Assembly: GCA_963748015.1 (NCBI GenBank)
Contig: CAVVHE010000004.1
Coordinates: 256,001 to 320,000, forward strand
Reading direction: 5' to 3'
DNA from: Terriglobia bacterium
Lineage (GTDB): Bacteria > Acidobacteriota > Polarisedimenticolia > Polarisedimenticolales > JAIQFR01
Length of the DNA stretch: 64,000 bases
Part shown: positions 48,206-58,741 of the stretch, piece by piece
Position numbering within the stretch: position 1 is the stretch's first letter
How the letters are laid out: each line of letters starts with the position of its first letter
Made by a program: the position numbers and the translations under genes
The notes under the pieces: model-generated
Told to the model about the DNA's origin: nothing
What the model saw: only the letters and a program-made list of their open reading frames with translations
Database searches by the model: none

Positions 48206-50143
48206 GTGTGCGGCATAGCGGGAATCGCCGGTCGGCCGGGGATCGATCGGGAGCGCGGCGAGATCGTCCGCCGCATGACCGCGACGCTATTCCATAGGGG
48301 TCCCGACGGAGAAGGTCACGCGGCGAGAAGCGGGTGCGACCTGGGCTTCCGCCGCCTCGCCATCGTCGACCTCGCGGCGGTCTCCCCGCCGTTCCCGAAC
48401 GAGGACGGCACCGTCTGGACGATCTGCAACGGCGAGATCTACAACGGCGCCGAGCTGAGAGAGGGGCTCGAGAAGCGAGGGCACCGCTTCCACACCCACG
48501 TGGACACCGAGGTCCTGCCGCACCTCTACGAGGAGAACGGTCCCGGCCTCGTGGATCTCCTCGACGGGATGTTCGCCTTCGCGATCTGGGACGAGCGCGC
48601 CGGCCGGCTCGTCCTCGGCAGGGATCGCGCCGGGGAGAAGCCTCTCTTCTACTGGCAGGGCCCGGACGAGCTGGTGTTCGCCTCCGAGATCCGCGCGATG
48701 CTCGCGCACCCTAGGGTGCCGCGGGCCGTCGACCCGGTCGCGCTCTCCCGCTACCTGCTCCACGATTATTTCCCCGCGCCGCTGACCCCCCTGGCCGGTG
48801 TGCGCAAGCTCCCCGCCGGGCACCGGCTGGTCGCCGAGCGCGGCGAGGCTCGCGTCGAGCGGTACTGGGACCTCTCCGACCACTTCGGTCCAAGTGGACG
48901 CAGGGCGCCGCGGATGGCGGACGCCGCCCGCGAGGTGGACCGGCTCCTGGCGCAGGCGGTGTCGCGCCGCAAGCGCAGCGATGTCCCGGTCGGCGTGTTC
49001 CTGTCGGGAGGGATCGACTCGTCGTCGGTGCTGGCCCATCTCGCGGAGCAGAACGGCCCGGGCGTGCCGGTGTTCGCCCTCGGGCACGCCGATCCGGCCT
49101 TCGACGAGGCGCGGTTCGCGCGGGAGACCGCCAGGGCGTTCGGCGCGGAGTTCCACGAGCTGATCCTCGGAGAATCCGACCTCGCGGAGGGGCTTCGCCG
49201 CGTCGGCACGGAGTTCGACGAGCCGCTCGGCGACGCGTCCACGATCCCGACGCTGCTCCTGTCCCGCTTCGCGCGGCAGCGTGTCAAGGTGGTGCTCTCG
49301 GGGGAAGGGGCGGACGAGCTGTTCGCGGGATATCCGACCTACCTCGGCAACCGGGTCGCCGACGCCTACCGCCGCGTGCCGGGCCCCCTGCGCCGCGCTC
49401 TCCTGCGCATCGCGCGGTCCGCCTTTCCGGTTTCGATGGGCAACGTCGGGCTCGACTACCTCCTCGGGCGCTTCGCGGACGGAGCGGACCGCGACCGCAT
49501 CGAGCGCCACCACACCTGGTTCGGCAGCTTGGCGCCGGAGCGGCAGCGCGCCGTGCTCGCGCCGCGGGTCGCGGAGGCCGCGTCCGCCGACCCGTTCGAG
49601 TCCGCTCGCGCTCGCCTCCGCGGGCGGAAGCTCCCGGACGGGCTGGCGGAGCTCCTGTACACCGACTTCACGATGTATCTCCAGGACGATCTCCTGACGA
49701 AGGTGGACCGCGGGACGATGCTCGCGTCGCTCGAGTCCCGGGCGCCGTTCCTCGACCACGAGTTCGCGGAGTACGTCGCCTCGCTCCCGTCGTCGCTGAA
49801 GGTCCGCGGTCTGACGACGAAGGCCGTCCTGAGGCGGGCGGTGGCCCCCCGACTCCCCGCGGAGGTCCTGAAGCGGCGCAAGCGCGGCTTCAACATCCCG
49901 TTCTCGCGGTGGCTGCTCCATGGTCTCGGCGAGCAGCTGCGCGACCGCTTCTCGGAGGAGCGGGTCCGGGCGCGCGGCCTCCTCGCGCCCGGCGGCGTGG
50001 CCGCGCTCATCGAGGAGCACCTCTCGCGGCGCGCGGACCACCGCAAGCCGCTCTACACCCTTCTGGCACTCGACCTGTGGTGCGACCGGACCTACGGCGA
50101 CGGCGCCGCGGTCCCGCTTGCGACCGGGGTGCCAGCCCGATGA
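48206..50143 (+). CDS. asnB: Asparagine synthase (glutamine-hydrolysing) family amidotransferase
   Basis: MCGIAG, HRGPD, NGEIYN, LSGGIDSS, SGEGADELFAGY, ESRAPFLD, KRGF. Confidence 0.95.
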   Translation: MCGIAGIAGRPGIDRERGEIVRRMTATLFHRGPDGEGHAARSGCDLGFRRLAIVDLAAVSPPFPNEDGTVWTICNGEIYNGAELREGLEKRGHRFHTHVDTEVLPHLYEENGPGLVDLLDGMFAFAIWDERAGRLVLGRDRAGEKPLFYWQGPDELVFASEIRAMLAHPRVPRAVDPVALSRYLLHDYFPAPLTPLAGVRKLPAGHRLVAERGEARVERYWDLSDHFGPSGRRAPRMADAAREVDRLLAQAVSRRKRSDVPVGVFLSGGIDSSSVLAHLAEQNGPGVPVFALGHADPAFDEARFARETARAFGAEFHELILGESDLAEGLRRVGTEFDEPLGDASTIPTLLLSRFARQRVKVVLSGEGADELFAGYPTYLGNRVADAYRRVPGPLRRALLRIARSAFPVSMGNVGLDYLLGRFADGADRDRIERHHTWFGSLAPERQRAVLAPRVAEAASADPFESARARLRGRKLPDGLAELLYTDFTMYLQDDLLTKVDRGTMLASLESRAPFLDHEFAEYVASLPSSLKVRGLTTKAVLRRAVAPRLPAEVLKRRKRGFNIPFSRWLLHGLGEQLRDRFSEERVRARGLLAPGGVAALIEEHLSRRADHRKPLYTLLALDLWCDRTYGDGAAVPLATGVPAR

Positions 50144-51771
50144 GGCGCTCCTCCGCGGTGCTGCTCCTCGCCGCGGTCATCCTCGGGTGGAACCTCTGGG
50201 GATACGACCTCTCTGCCCCCGACGAGCCTTACTTCGGCGAGGGGGCACGCGAGATGGTCGTGGACGGGAAGTGGGCGGTTCCCCACGTCAACGGCGTCGT
50301 GACCACCGACAAGCCGCCGCTTTTCTTCTGGCTGATCGCTCTCTTCTCGTTGCCGTTCGGGGCGGTGTCGTCGCTCACGGCGCGGCTCCCTTCCTTCCTC
50401 GCGGCGCTCGGCTCCGTGGCGCTCGCCATCCGCCTCGGCCGCAGGCTCGGCGGCGAGGCCGAGGGAGCGATGGCGGGGCTGCTCCTCGCGACGACCTACC
50501 TCGCGTGGGACAAGGGGCGCATGGCGCAGATCGACGCGCTCCTCTGCTTCCTGGTCCTCGTCGCGCTGTCGGCCTTCGAAGCGCACCGGTCCGGTGAGGC
50601 GCCGGGCAGGAGGGCGGGACTGCTGTTCTGGGCCGCGACGGGACTCGCGGTGCTCGCGAAGGGACCGGTCGGCCTCGTCATCCCCGTCGGGATCGCGATC
50701 GCCACCCTGGCCTTCGACCGCAACCTGCGCGCGTGGCGCTCGTTCGCCCCCTGGTCGGGGCCGGCGGTCTTCGTCCTCGTCGTCGGCGCGTGGATGGCGA
50801 TCGCGACGATCGGCGGGCAGGGGGAGTACTCGGTCTGGGGCGCGTTCGAGAAGCACGTGCTGAACCGCGCGATCCACGGGATGCACCACAAGCAACCCGC
50901 GTGGTACTACGCCAAGGTCCTGCCGGTCCAACTCCTCCCGTGGAGCGGGCTCCTTCCCGGCGCGCTCCTCCTCGCGTGGCGGCGCCGGCGCGCTCCGGCC
51001 GACCGACTCCTGCTCGTGTGGGCGGTGTTCGTGGTCGCGCTCTTCACGATCTCGACGGAGAAGAGGGACCTCTACGTGCTTCCGGCCGTCCCGGCGTTCG
51101 CGCTCCTCTTCGCGCGACTCGTCCGGGCGACGGAAGGGGACGGGGCGGGCGGGCGGGCGCCGCACCGGCGGTGGGTGACGGTCCCCCTGGCGGTGACCGG
51201 AGTCGTCTTCGCCGCCGCCGCTCTCGCCGTGCCCATCGCGGCGAGGCGTTTCCCCGAGTACCCGAAGGCGCCTCTTCTCGCGGTCGCGGCCGCGATGCTC
51301 GCGGGGGGCGCGGCGATCGCGATCGTCGCGTCGCGGGGGCGCGCGCGCGGCGCGGTCCTCGTCGCCGCCGCCGCCGTGTCGGTCGCCTACGTGACCGCCG
51401 CGGCCGTGGCGTACCCGGCGTTCGACCCGTTCCGCTCCGCCCGCGCGTTCACCGCGGAGGTCGAGGCCGCGACCGCCGGGTCGCGCGCCGCGGGAGAGCG
51501 GGTGCTCGCGTACAGGATCGGGAACCTCCCGCAGGCGATCGCGCTCTACTCGAACGGACTCTACACCGTCGAGACCGCGGAGCCCGGGGACCTGGCCTCG
51601 CACCTGATGCGCGACGCCGAGGTGTTCGCGGTGGCGGATCGGTCCCAGCTCGCCCTGCTCTCGCCCGAGGCGCGGGGACGCGTGGCGGTGCTGCGATCGG
51701 CCGCGCTCTCCTCGCGCGCCGTGGTCCTGATCTCGAATCGCGGGAGCGGGGACGCCGCGACGGTGCCCTGA
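50140..51771 (+). CDS. ArnT-like GT-C glycosyltransferase
   Basis: PDEPYF..AREM, DKPPLFFW, LAKGPVG, KRDLYVLP, many TM helices. Confidence 0.9.
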   Translation: MRRSSAVLLLAAVILGWNLWGYDLSAPDEPYFGEGAREMVVDGKWAVPHVNGVVTTDKPPLFFWLIALFSLPFGAVSSLTARLPSFLAALGSVALAIRLGRRLGGEAEGAMAGLLLATTYLAWDKGRMAQIDALLCFLVLVALSAFEAHRSGEAPGRRAGLLFWAATGLAVLAKGPVGLVIPVGIAIATLAFDRNLRAWRSFAPWSGPAVFVLVVGAWMAIATIGGQGEYSVWGAFEKHVLNRAIHGMHHKQPAWYYAKVLPVQLLPWSGLLPGALLLAWRRRRAPADRLLLVWAVFVVALFTISTEKRDLYVLPAVPAFALLFARLVRATEGDGAGGRAPHRRWVTVPLAVTGVVFAAAALAVPIAARRFPEYPKAPLLAVAAAMLAGGAAIAIVASRGRARGAVLVAAAAVSVAYVTAAAVAYPAFDPFRSARAFTAEVEAATAGSRAAGERVLAYRIGNLPQAIALYSNGLYTVETAEPGDLASHLMRDAEVFAVADRSQLALLSPEARGRVAVLRSAALSSRAVVLISNRGSGDAATVP

Positions 51772-51795
51772 CGATTCGCCGCCCGCGCGGGAGGG

Positions 51796-53811
51796 TTACT
51801 TCCCGTACCCCGCCAGGATGGAGAGGTTGAACCGCGCGCACAGCTTCGCGTCGCGCAGGAAGTTGAACGCGAGCGCGAACGGGTTGATCTGGAACACCCG
51901 GCCGTGCCGGAGCTTGTCGTAGGTTTGCGTCCAGTACGCGTTCAGGTGGGCTCGCGTAGGCGTTCGCACGGCGAACGGGTCGAGCCGCTTCAGCGCGCGC
52001 TTCCATGCGTTGCCGGCGCCGGAGCGGGCCCCGGAGACGCCTCGGCCGAGGGCCTGTCCCGCGCGCGTCCGGGTCTCGCCGAGCCGGTCCTTCGCGTCCT
52101 CGTACTTCTTCTTCAGGCCGTCGAGACTCGCCTGGAACTGCGCGCGTCCCCGCGTGGCGAGCCACACCTCCTGCAGCTCGAAGTAGAGGCTCCTCATGCG
52201 CCGGGCCCATTCGGCCGTCTCCCGGATTCGGCGCGCAGCGTGGCGCCACCTGGGCTCCACCGCGCGGCCCGGACGACGATCGGCGCGGGTCTTGAGCCGG
52301 AAGAACCCGCAGATCATCGGGTGCGTCTCCTCGACGAGCAAGGCGTAGCGGTACCAGGCGAAGTTCTTGAAGAGTCCCCAGTAGGTGCGCACGTTCGCGC
52401 GGGACAAGATGGCTTTCATGCCGTCGATCGAGTAGAAGTCGCGCCACGCCGCCCGGTAGGCTTCGAGCCACTCCGCCGCCGTCATGCGCGGGTGGAGCGT
52501 CACGGGCTGGAACGAGTCGAACCGGTTGTAGTCGCCGTCCATCCACGCGCCCTTCTGCGCCAGGTCGCGGTGGTCCTCCGAGCCGGGAATGGGCGTCAGG
52601 ACGAAGAACGACGCCTGGTCCACCTGGATCTCGTCCCGGAGCCGGCGGACCTCCTCGTCCACGGACGCCGGGGTGTCGTGCGGGAAGCCGATGATGTACC
52701 CGACGTGGCACGCGATGCCCTGCTCGTGCCACGCGTCGATCATCGCGCGGTAGTCCTCGACGCGGTTCTGACGCTTGCCGGCGGCGGCGAGGTTCTCCTG
52801 GTTCAGCGTCTCCATGCCGATGAAGACCTGGGTGCATCCCGCCTCCGCCGCCTTCGCGACGAACCCGGGGATGCGGTAGGCGAGCACGTCCACCTGCATC
52901 ATGAACTGGAAGTCGATCCGCTCGGTCCGGCGCAGCTCGATCAGTCCGTCGAGGACCGGCTCCCACGCCGGGTTCCTCGCGAAGTTGTCGTCGGTGAAGA
53001 AGTAGTAGTCGATTCCCGACCCCGCGTTCCGGCGGATCCGATCGAGGATCACGTCCGGCTCCCGGTACCGCATCTCGCGCCCCTGGACGTTGATGATCGT
53101 GCAGAAAGTGCATCGGTAGGGGCACCCGCGGCCGGCGTCGATCGTTCCCATGAACGGGTAGGCGTAACGCCGAAGGAGCCTGGGGTCCACGAAGGGAACG
53201 CTCGCCCTCGACAGGTCGGGCGGAGTTTTCACCTCGTAGAAGCCGCGGAGCTCGCCGTGGAGCGCGTCGCGCAGGAGGTCTCCCCAGCACGCCTCGACCT
53301 CGCCCTTGACCAGCGTGATCCCGTCGTCGAGGAGCGACTGGCACTCGGGCGGCATGATCCCGCCGGCGGTCGCGATGGAGCCCGAGACGTGGAAGCCGCC
53401 GATCATCACGGGCAGCCCGGCGGCGCGGAACCGGCGGGCGAGGTCGGCGGCGCGGGGGAACTGGTTCGTCTGCACGCCGCAGAGCGCCACGACCGCGCGG
53501 GCGTGCGAGTGAAGGGACCGTCGGGCCAACGCCTCCACGTCCACGCGCTGCACGCCGTCGTCGAGCAGGACCGTCTCGATCTCCACGGGGCCGAGGTCGC
53601 CGCGCGTCGCGACCTCCTCGGTGAGGGACGCGAGCGCCGCGAGGGTGTTGCTGGGCAGGACGCCGCGAACGAACCGGACGACGTACCCCTCCTCGTCGTA
53701 CTTGCTCGGCTTGACGAGAATCACGGTCAGCGAGCGCACGCCGGGAGGAGGTGGCACGCCGCGGGGAACGACGCCGGCGGCGAGAGACTGAGCGGAGTAA
53801 TGCGACGTCAT
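51796..53811 (-). CDS. Cobalamin-binding radical SAM protein
   Basis: B12-binding-like VMIGGFHVSG, GRGCPYRCTFC, FTDDNF, YIIGFPHD. RBS AAGGAGG. Confidence 0.9.
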   Translation of the reverse strand: MTSHYSAQSLAAGVVPRGVPPPPGVRSLTVILVKPSKYDEEGYVVRFVRGVLPSNTLAALASLTEEVATRGDLGPVEIETVLLDDGVQRVDVEALARRSLHSHARAVVALCGVQTNQFPRAADLARRFRAAGLPVMIGGFHVSGSIATAGGIMPPECQSLLDDGITLVKGEVEACWGDLLRDALHGELRGFYEVKTPPDLSRASVPFVDPRLLRRYAYPFMGTIDAGRGCPYRCTFCTIINVQGREMRYREPDVILDRIRRNAGSGIDYYFFTDDNFARNPAWEPVLDGLIELRRTERIDFQFMMQVDVLAYRIPGFVAKAAEAGCTQVFIGMETLNQENLAAAGKRQNRVEDYRAMIDAWHEQGIACHVGYIIGFPHDTPASVDEEVRRLRDEIQVDQASFFVLTPIPGSEDHRDLAQKGAWMDGDYNRFDSFQPVTLHPRMTAAEWLEAYRAAWRDFYSIDGMKAILSRANVRTYWGLFKNFAWYRYALLVEETHPMICGFFRLKTRADRRPGRAVEPRWRHAARRIRETAEWARRMRSLYFELQEVWLATRGRAQFQASLDGLKKKYEDAKDRLGETRTRAGQALGRGVSGARSGAGNAWKRALKRLDPFAVRTPTRAHLNAYWTQTYDKLRHGRVFQINPFALAFNFLRDAKLCARFNLSILAGYGK

Positions 53812-54011
53812 GGTGGGCCCCTCCTTACTCCAGCGAGCCAAGGCACTCGGAGGAGGCCCGGCACGACTAGTTCAGCACACCGGGGGAGCGAAAGCAAGGA
53901 GGGCTTTTCCGCGCCCGGCGCCGGGATTCGAGACCGCGGCGCGTGCGGCTGATACACTACCTCCCTGGCTGGACGCTTCCGCCGCGGCATCGCCGGGATG
54001 AAGGGGCCGGA

Positions 54012-54563
54012 ATGGCTCGAGGCCGATCCCGATCGCGCTTCACCGCCGTGCTGCTGCTCGTGCCGCTCGCGGCCGTGGCCGGCTGGCTCGCCCACGGCAT
54101 CCTGAATCCCGCTCCAGCGCCGGCAGGGCTCTCGCCGGTCGTCCCCGCTCCCGCCCCGTCGCCATCCTCGCCCATGCTCCCGGGACTCCCCGAGCCGCTG
54201 GAAGATCTCCCCGCCGACCGCCTTCACGAGCGCGTGGACGGCGCCGAGGACTATCTCCGCGCGCAGGGTTGCGTGAGGATGCTCGCGTGGGAGCTCGCGG
54301 AGCCGAAGGGCACTCTCGAGGTCCTGCTCTTCTCGTCGCCCGAGGGGGCGGGCAGGGTGCTCGCTCACGATGCGGGACCGAAGCGGACGGCGGGGCCGGG
54401 CGACGAGGCGTCGGCCGACTCGCAGGGCGTGCTGTTCCGCCGGGGCAAGGCCTACGTCAGGCTGATCGCCGACCCGGACGCGGCCGCCGAGCCCGCGCGG
54501 CTGCTAGGGGAGGCGGCGAAGGTGGACCGCGCCATCCTCGACGGGATGGGGAGGGGACTGTGA
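54012..54563 (+). CDS. Membrane-anchored hypothetical protein (DUF6599-like)
   Basis: TM helix, Pro-rich linker, LHERVDGAEDYL, FRRGKAYVRL. First gene of a coupled operon. Confidence 0.6.
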   Translation: MARGRSRSRFTAVLLLVPLAAVAGWLAHGILNPAPAPAGLSPVVPAPAPSPSSPMLPGLPEPLEDLPADRLHERVDGAEDYLRAQGCVRMLAWELAEPKGTLEVLLFSSPEGAGRVLAHDAGPKRTAGPGDEASADSQGVLFRRGKAYVRLIADPDAAAEPARLLGEAAKVDRAILDGMGRGL

Positions 54564-55537
54564 GCGATCCTCGTCCGCGACGCGAGATCCTGCGGAGGCT
54601 CGGGCAGGCCGGGATCGTCGTCGGGGCCGCGGGGGTGGCCGGGGCGCTCGGGCTCCTGTCCCCGGGACGCTGGCGCGCCGAGAAGGTCGCGAAGGCGCCT
54701 CCCGACCGGAGAGTGCCGGCCGTCGCGGGGAAGCCCCCGATCGCCGTCGCCCGCGGCGGCGCCGTCGCCGCGGCCGTGCGCGCCGCGGTGGACGAGGTGG
54801 GCGGGATCTCGCGCTTCGTGAAGCCGGGAGAGACCGTGCTGGTCAAGCCCAACATGGGGTGGGACCGCACGCCCGAGCAGGGGGCGAACACGCACCCCGA
54901 GGTCGTCGCCGAGGTGGTGCGGCTCTGTCTCGAGGCGCGGGCCGCTCGGGTGATCGTGGCCGACGTGCCGGTGCACGACGCGGCGCGCGCCGCCGAGCGA
55001 TCGGGGATCGCCGCCGCGGCGCGGCGCGCCGGTGCCGAGCTGCAGATCCCTCCCGGCGCAGGATTCGTGCTGGCGACGATCGGCGGGGCCGTTCTCGACA
55101 CGTGGGAGGTGTTCGCGCCGGTCCTCGCGGCCGATCGACTGATCAATCTGCCCGTGGTGAAGGACCACGCCCTGACCCGCCTGACCTGCGGCCTCAAGAA
55201 CGGCTACGGCCTCCTGGGCGGGACGCGGGCGCGCCTCCACCAGCAGATCTCGGCCTCGATCGTGGATCTCGCGGCGGCCTTCCGGCCGACGCTCACGGTC
55301 GTCGATGCCACCCGGATCATGTTTCGGGGGGGGCCCACGGGAGGGCGCCTCGACGACGTGAAGCAGGTGGGTGCGATCGCGGCGGGGACCGATCCCGTGG
55401 CCCTCGACGCGTGGGGCGCCGCGCTCCTCGGTCTCGACCCGAGGGAGATCCCCCACGTCGCCAAGGCGGAGGCGCACGGATTGGGCTCGATCGCCGCCGG
55501 GACGGGTCCCGTGAGGGAGATCCATGCCGGGGCTTGA
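54560..55537 (+). CDS. DUF362 domain protein with twin-arginine-like leader
   Basis: PRREIL leader, VLVKPNMGWDR, ANTHPEVV, LPVVKDH, LKNGYG, DPVALDA. Confidence 0.88.
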   Translation: MSDPRPRREILRRLGQAGIVVGAAGVAGALGLLSPGRWRAEKVAKAPPDRRVPAVAGKPPIAVARGGAVAAAVRAAVDEVGGISRFVKPGETVLVKPNMGWDRTPEQGANTHPEVVAEVVRLCLEARAARVIVADVPVHDAARAAERSGIAAAARRAGAELQIPPGAGFVLATIGGAVLDTWEVFAPVLAADRLINLPVVKDHALTRLTCGLKNGYGLLGGTRARLHQQISASIVDLAAAFRPTLTVVDATRIMFRGGPTGGRLDDVKQVGAIAAGTDPVALDAWGAALLGLDPREIPHVAKAEAHGLGSIAAGTGPVREIHAGA

Positions 55538-57101
55538 CGTCCTAGCACCGGAGAACCCCGGGCGGCGGCACGAGCGCTCCGCGTACGCGCCGAGAGCCGC
55601 GCGGGCGATCTACCAGGGGTTCTTCCTCGTCGTCTTCCTGCTCGGGCTGTGGGCGATGACCGACGAGGGGATCCGCCGCTTCCCGGTGAGGTGGATCTTC
55701 CACCTCGACGTCCTCTCCGCCGCCGGGATGCTCGCGTCGTCGTGGATTCTCCCCGCGGGGCTGCTGTGGGCGCTCGTCGTCGTCGCGCTCACCGTCCTGC
55801 TCGGGCGGGCGTTCTGCGGCTGGGTGTGCCCGGTCGGCACGCTGCACCACATCGCGTCCTGGGCGACCCGGAAGGCCCGGCGCGGTCCGCCGATCGTGGC
55901 CAACCGGTGGAGGCCGCACTTCCGGCTCAAGTACCTGCTGCTGATCGCGGCGCTCGTCGCGGCGGCCGCCGGAAGCCTCCTGTCGGGACTCCTCGATCCC
56001 CTCTCGCTCGCCGCGCGCTCGATCGGGTCGGCGCTCTCCTCGGCGCTCCACGCGTTCCTCCCGCTCGGCGGCTTCCGGGCGAGGATCTTCGAGGGGGCCT
56101 GGCTCACCGGAGCGATCTTCGTCGCGCTGCTCGTCCTGAACCGGTGGATCGCGCGGTGGTGGTGCCGGGCGCTCTGCCCGCTCGGCGCGCTGCTCGGCTG
56201 GGTTTCCCGCGCCGCGATCTTCCGCATCGAGGTGGATGGGGAGATCTGCACCCACTGCAACCGGTGCGCCGCCGACTGCCAAGGGGCGGACGAGCCGTTC
56301 GCGAAGCACCGCGTCTCGGAATGTCACGTCTGCCTCAACTGCATCGACGCCTGCCCGGAGGGGGCGATCGCGTTCCGCGCGTTCGCTCCCGCGGCGGCAC
56401 CGTCGGGGGGGGTGGATCTCGGGCGCCGGCAGATCCTGGGCGCGGCGCTCGCGGGGGCCGCCCTCGTCCCGCTCTCCCGCGCTTCCGCCGGATCGGCCTC
56501 GTCCCCCGGGCCGCTGGCGATCCGGCCCCCGGGGGCCTGCCCCGAGGAGGAGTTCCTCGCGCGCTGCGTCCGCTGCGGCGCTTGCGTCAACGCCTGCCCG
56601 ACCACCGCGCTCCAGCCCTCGATGGGCGAGGCCGGGATCGAAGCGGTGTACACGCCGGTCCTGGTTCCGCGACGCGGGTGGTGCGAGCCGAGCTGCACCC
56701 TGTGCGGCCACGTCTGCCCGACCGGTGCCATTCGTCCCCTCGGCCCGGACGAGAAGGGATGGACGAGGCCCGAGGCCGAGGGGATTCGCATCGGGACCGC
56801 CTTCTTCGATCTCGGCCGGTGCCTCCCCTGGGGAGCGAACATCCCGTGCATCGTGTGCCAGGAGGTTTGCCCGACGAGCCCGAAGGCGATCTGGCTCGAG
56901 GCGGCCGAGGTCCCCGGCCGCGACGGCGTGCCGGTGAAGCTGCAGCGTCCCCACATGGACCCGTCGCGCTGCGTGGGGTGCGGCCTCTGCGAGGCGAAGT
57001 GCCCGGTCAACGACCTCGCGGCGGTCCGCGTCACCCGGGTCGGCGAGTCGCGCTCCCGCGGCTCGGCCTTCACCCTCCGCCCCGCGGGGAGGCCGTCTTG
57101 A
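55524..57101 (+). CDS. Membrane polyferredoxin (NapH/MauN + NapG/MauM-like fusion)
   Basis: GRAFCGWVCP, WCRALCPLG, several CxxCxxCxxxC motifs, internal GRRQIL, IRPPGA. Confidence 0.9.
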   Translation: MPGLDVLAPENPGRRHERSAYAPRAARAIYQGFFLVVFLLGLWAMTDEGIRRFPVRWIFHLDVLSAAGMLASSWILPAGLLWALVVVALTVLLGRAFCGWVCPVGTLHHIASWATRKARRGPPIVANRWRPHFRLKYLLLIAALVAAAAGSLLSGLLDPLSLAARSIGSALSSALHAFLPLGGFRARIFEGAWLTGAIFVALLVLNRWIARWWCRALCPLGALLGWVSRAAIFRIEVDGEICTHCNRCAADCQGADEPFAKHRVSECHVCLNCIDACPEGAIAFRAFAPAAAPSGGVDLGRRQILGAALAGAALVPLSRASAGSASSPGPLAIRPPGACPEEEFLARCVRCGACVNACPTTALQPSMGEAGIEAVYTPVLVPRRGWCEPSCTLCGHVCPTGAIRPLGPDEKGWTRPEAEGIRIGTAFFDLGRCLPWGANIPCIVCQEVCPTSPKAIWLEAAEVPGRDGVPVKLQRPHMDPSRCVGCGLCEAKCPVNDLAAVRVTRVGESRSRGSAFTLRPAGRPS

Positions 57102-58702
57102 GGATCGTCCGGTGCGTGCTCGCCGCCCTGCTCGCCGCCGCGGCGCTCCCGTGGGGCCCGCCGGCCCAGGCGCGCGTCCGGCCGTCCGCGATCGCCGGGG
57201 ACTGGTACCCCGGCGACCGGGCGCTCGCGAGCGTCGAGATCGAGCAACTTCTGCTGGACGCGGCCTCTGCCCCGGTCCTGCCGGCGAAGCCCGCGGCGAT
57301 TCTCGTCCCGCACGCGGGGTGGCGCTGGTCCGGCCCCGTCGCCGCCGCCGCCTTCCGCACCCTCCACCGCGGCGACTTCACCCGGGTCGTCGTCCTCGGT
57401 CCGTCCCACCACGCGGCCTTCGAGGGGTTCTCGGTCACCGACGCGGAGGCGTACGAGACGCCGCTCGGAACCGTTCCGATCTGCCGCGAGGCGTTGGACG
57501 CCCTGCGCGACGGGAAGCTGGTCCGAACGGTGGCCGGGGCGGAGGATCGCGAGCACAGCCTGGAGATCGAGCTGCCGTTCCTCCAGAAGACGCTCGGCTC
57601 GTTCTGCCTGGTGCCGGTCGTGGTGGGGGAAACGACGGCGGAGAGCCAGAAGACGATGGCCGGAAAGCTCGCGGGCCTGCGCGACGGGAAGACGCTGTTC
57701 GTGTTCTCGAGCGACTTCACCCACTACGGGCCGCGCTACGGCTACGCGCCGTTCGGACCTTCCGGCCGCGCGGCCGGCAACGAGATCCGCGCCCAGAACG
57801 ATCGCGCGATCGGCTTCATCCTGAAGAAGGACGCGGCCGGGTTCCGGAAGTTCCTCGACGAGACCGGCGACACCATCTGCGGCCGGAACGGCATCGGGGT
57901 GCTGCTCGAGCTGCTGCCGAGGATCTCGCCGAAGGCCGAGCCGGTTCTCCTCGCGCGCTACGCTTCCCTCGACATTCCTCGCGTCGAAGGGGACGACTCC
58001 GTCACCTACGTCGCGATCGCGTTCGCGGAGGGGAGGCCGCCGGCGGGCAAGCCGATGGAGAAGCCGCCGGTCCGCGAGTCCTGCTCCCCGGATTCTCCCC
58101 CCTTCGAGGAGGCGTTCGGGCGGCAGCTCGTGAGGCTGGCGCGAGCCACGATCGAGACGCAGCTCCTGGGGACCGACGCCATGGACGTGGCGCTGGCCGC
58201 GTTGCCGCGGGGCCGGCGGGACCTCGATCTTCTCCGGGGGGTGTTCGTCACGCTGAACCGGACGGATCCCGCGGAGATCGAGCGGCTCGGAAAGCTGCGC
58301 GGGTGCGTGGGCCAGATCTTCCCGGTGCTCCCGCTCCGCCAGGCGGTCGCCTACGCCGCCGTGAGCGCGGCGATCCACGACGGCCGGTTCCCGACGGTCG
58401 AGCCCGCCGAGCTCGGGAAGCTCGAGGTGGAGTTGACGCTCCTCTCCCCTCCGAAGACGGTCGCGTCGTGGAAGGAGATCAAGCTCGGCACGCACGGGAT
58501 CGTGATCGAGAAGTCCGGCCGGCGCGCCGTGTTCCTCCCGCAGGTTCCCGGGGAGGAGGGTTGGACGATCGAGGAGACGCTCGGGCACCTGTCGCGCAAG
58601 GCGGGACTGCCCGCCGACGCGTGGAAGGACGGTGCGGCGTTCTCCGTTTTCACCGGGCAGATTTTTCACGAGCGGCAGGAGGCGGGCCGGCCCGGCAAGT
58701 GA
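57098..58702 (+). CDS. amrB: AmmeMemoRadiSam protein B (MEMO1) - protein A (AMMECR1) fusion with signal peptide
   Basis: PHAGW, LGPSHH, EHSLEIELPFLQ, SSDFTHY, TICG, then GVFVTL, LRGCVG, DGRF, FLPQV, LSRKAG. TTG start overlaps the upstream stop. Confidence 0.9.
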   Translation: MRIVRCVLAALLAAAALPWGPPAQARVRPSAIAGDWYPGDRALASVEIEQLLLDAASAPVLPAKPAAILVPHAGWRWSGPVAAAAFRTLHRGDFTRVVVLGPSHHAAFEGFSVTDAEAYETPLGTVPICREALDALRDGKLVRTVAGAEDREHSLEIELPFLQKTLGSFCLVPVVVGETTAESQKTMAGKLAGLRDGKTLFVFSSDFTHYGPRYGYAPFGPSGRAAGNEIRAQNDRAIGFILKKDAAGFRKFLDETGDTICGRNGIGVLLELLPRISPKAEPVLLARYASLDIPRVEGDDSVTYVAIAFAEGRPPAGKPMEKPPVRESCSPDSPPFEEAFGRQLVRLARATIETQLLGTDAMDVALAALPRGRRDLDLLRGVFVTLNRTDPAEIERLGKLRGCVGQIFPVLPLRQAVAYAAVSAAIHDGRFPTVEPAELGKLEVELTLLSPPKTVASWKEIKLGTHGIVIEKSGRRAVFLPQVPGEEGWTIEETLGHLSRKAGLPADAWKDGAAFSVFTGQIFHERQEAGRPGK

Positions 58703-58741
58703 GACATTCGCCGCGACACCACCGCGAGAGGAGGCAAAGGG

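Noticed and set aside
48206..50143. Lasso peptide cyclase
   Set aside because: Intact N-terminal Cys glutaminase domain, and no B1/B2 genes or precursor peptide seen.
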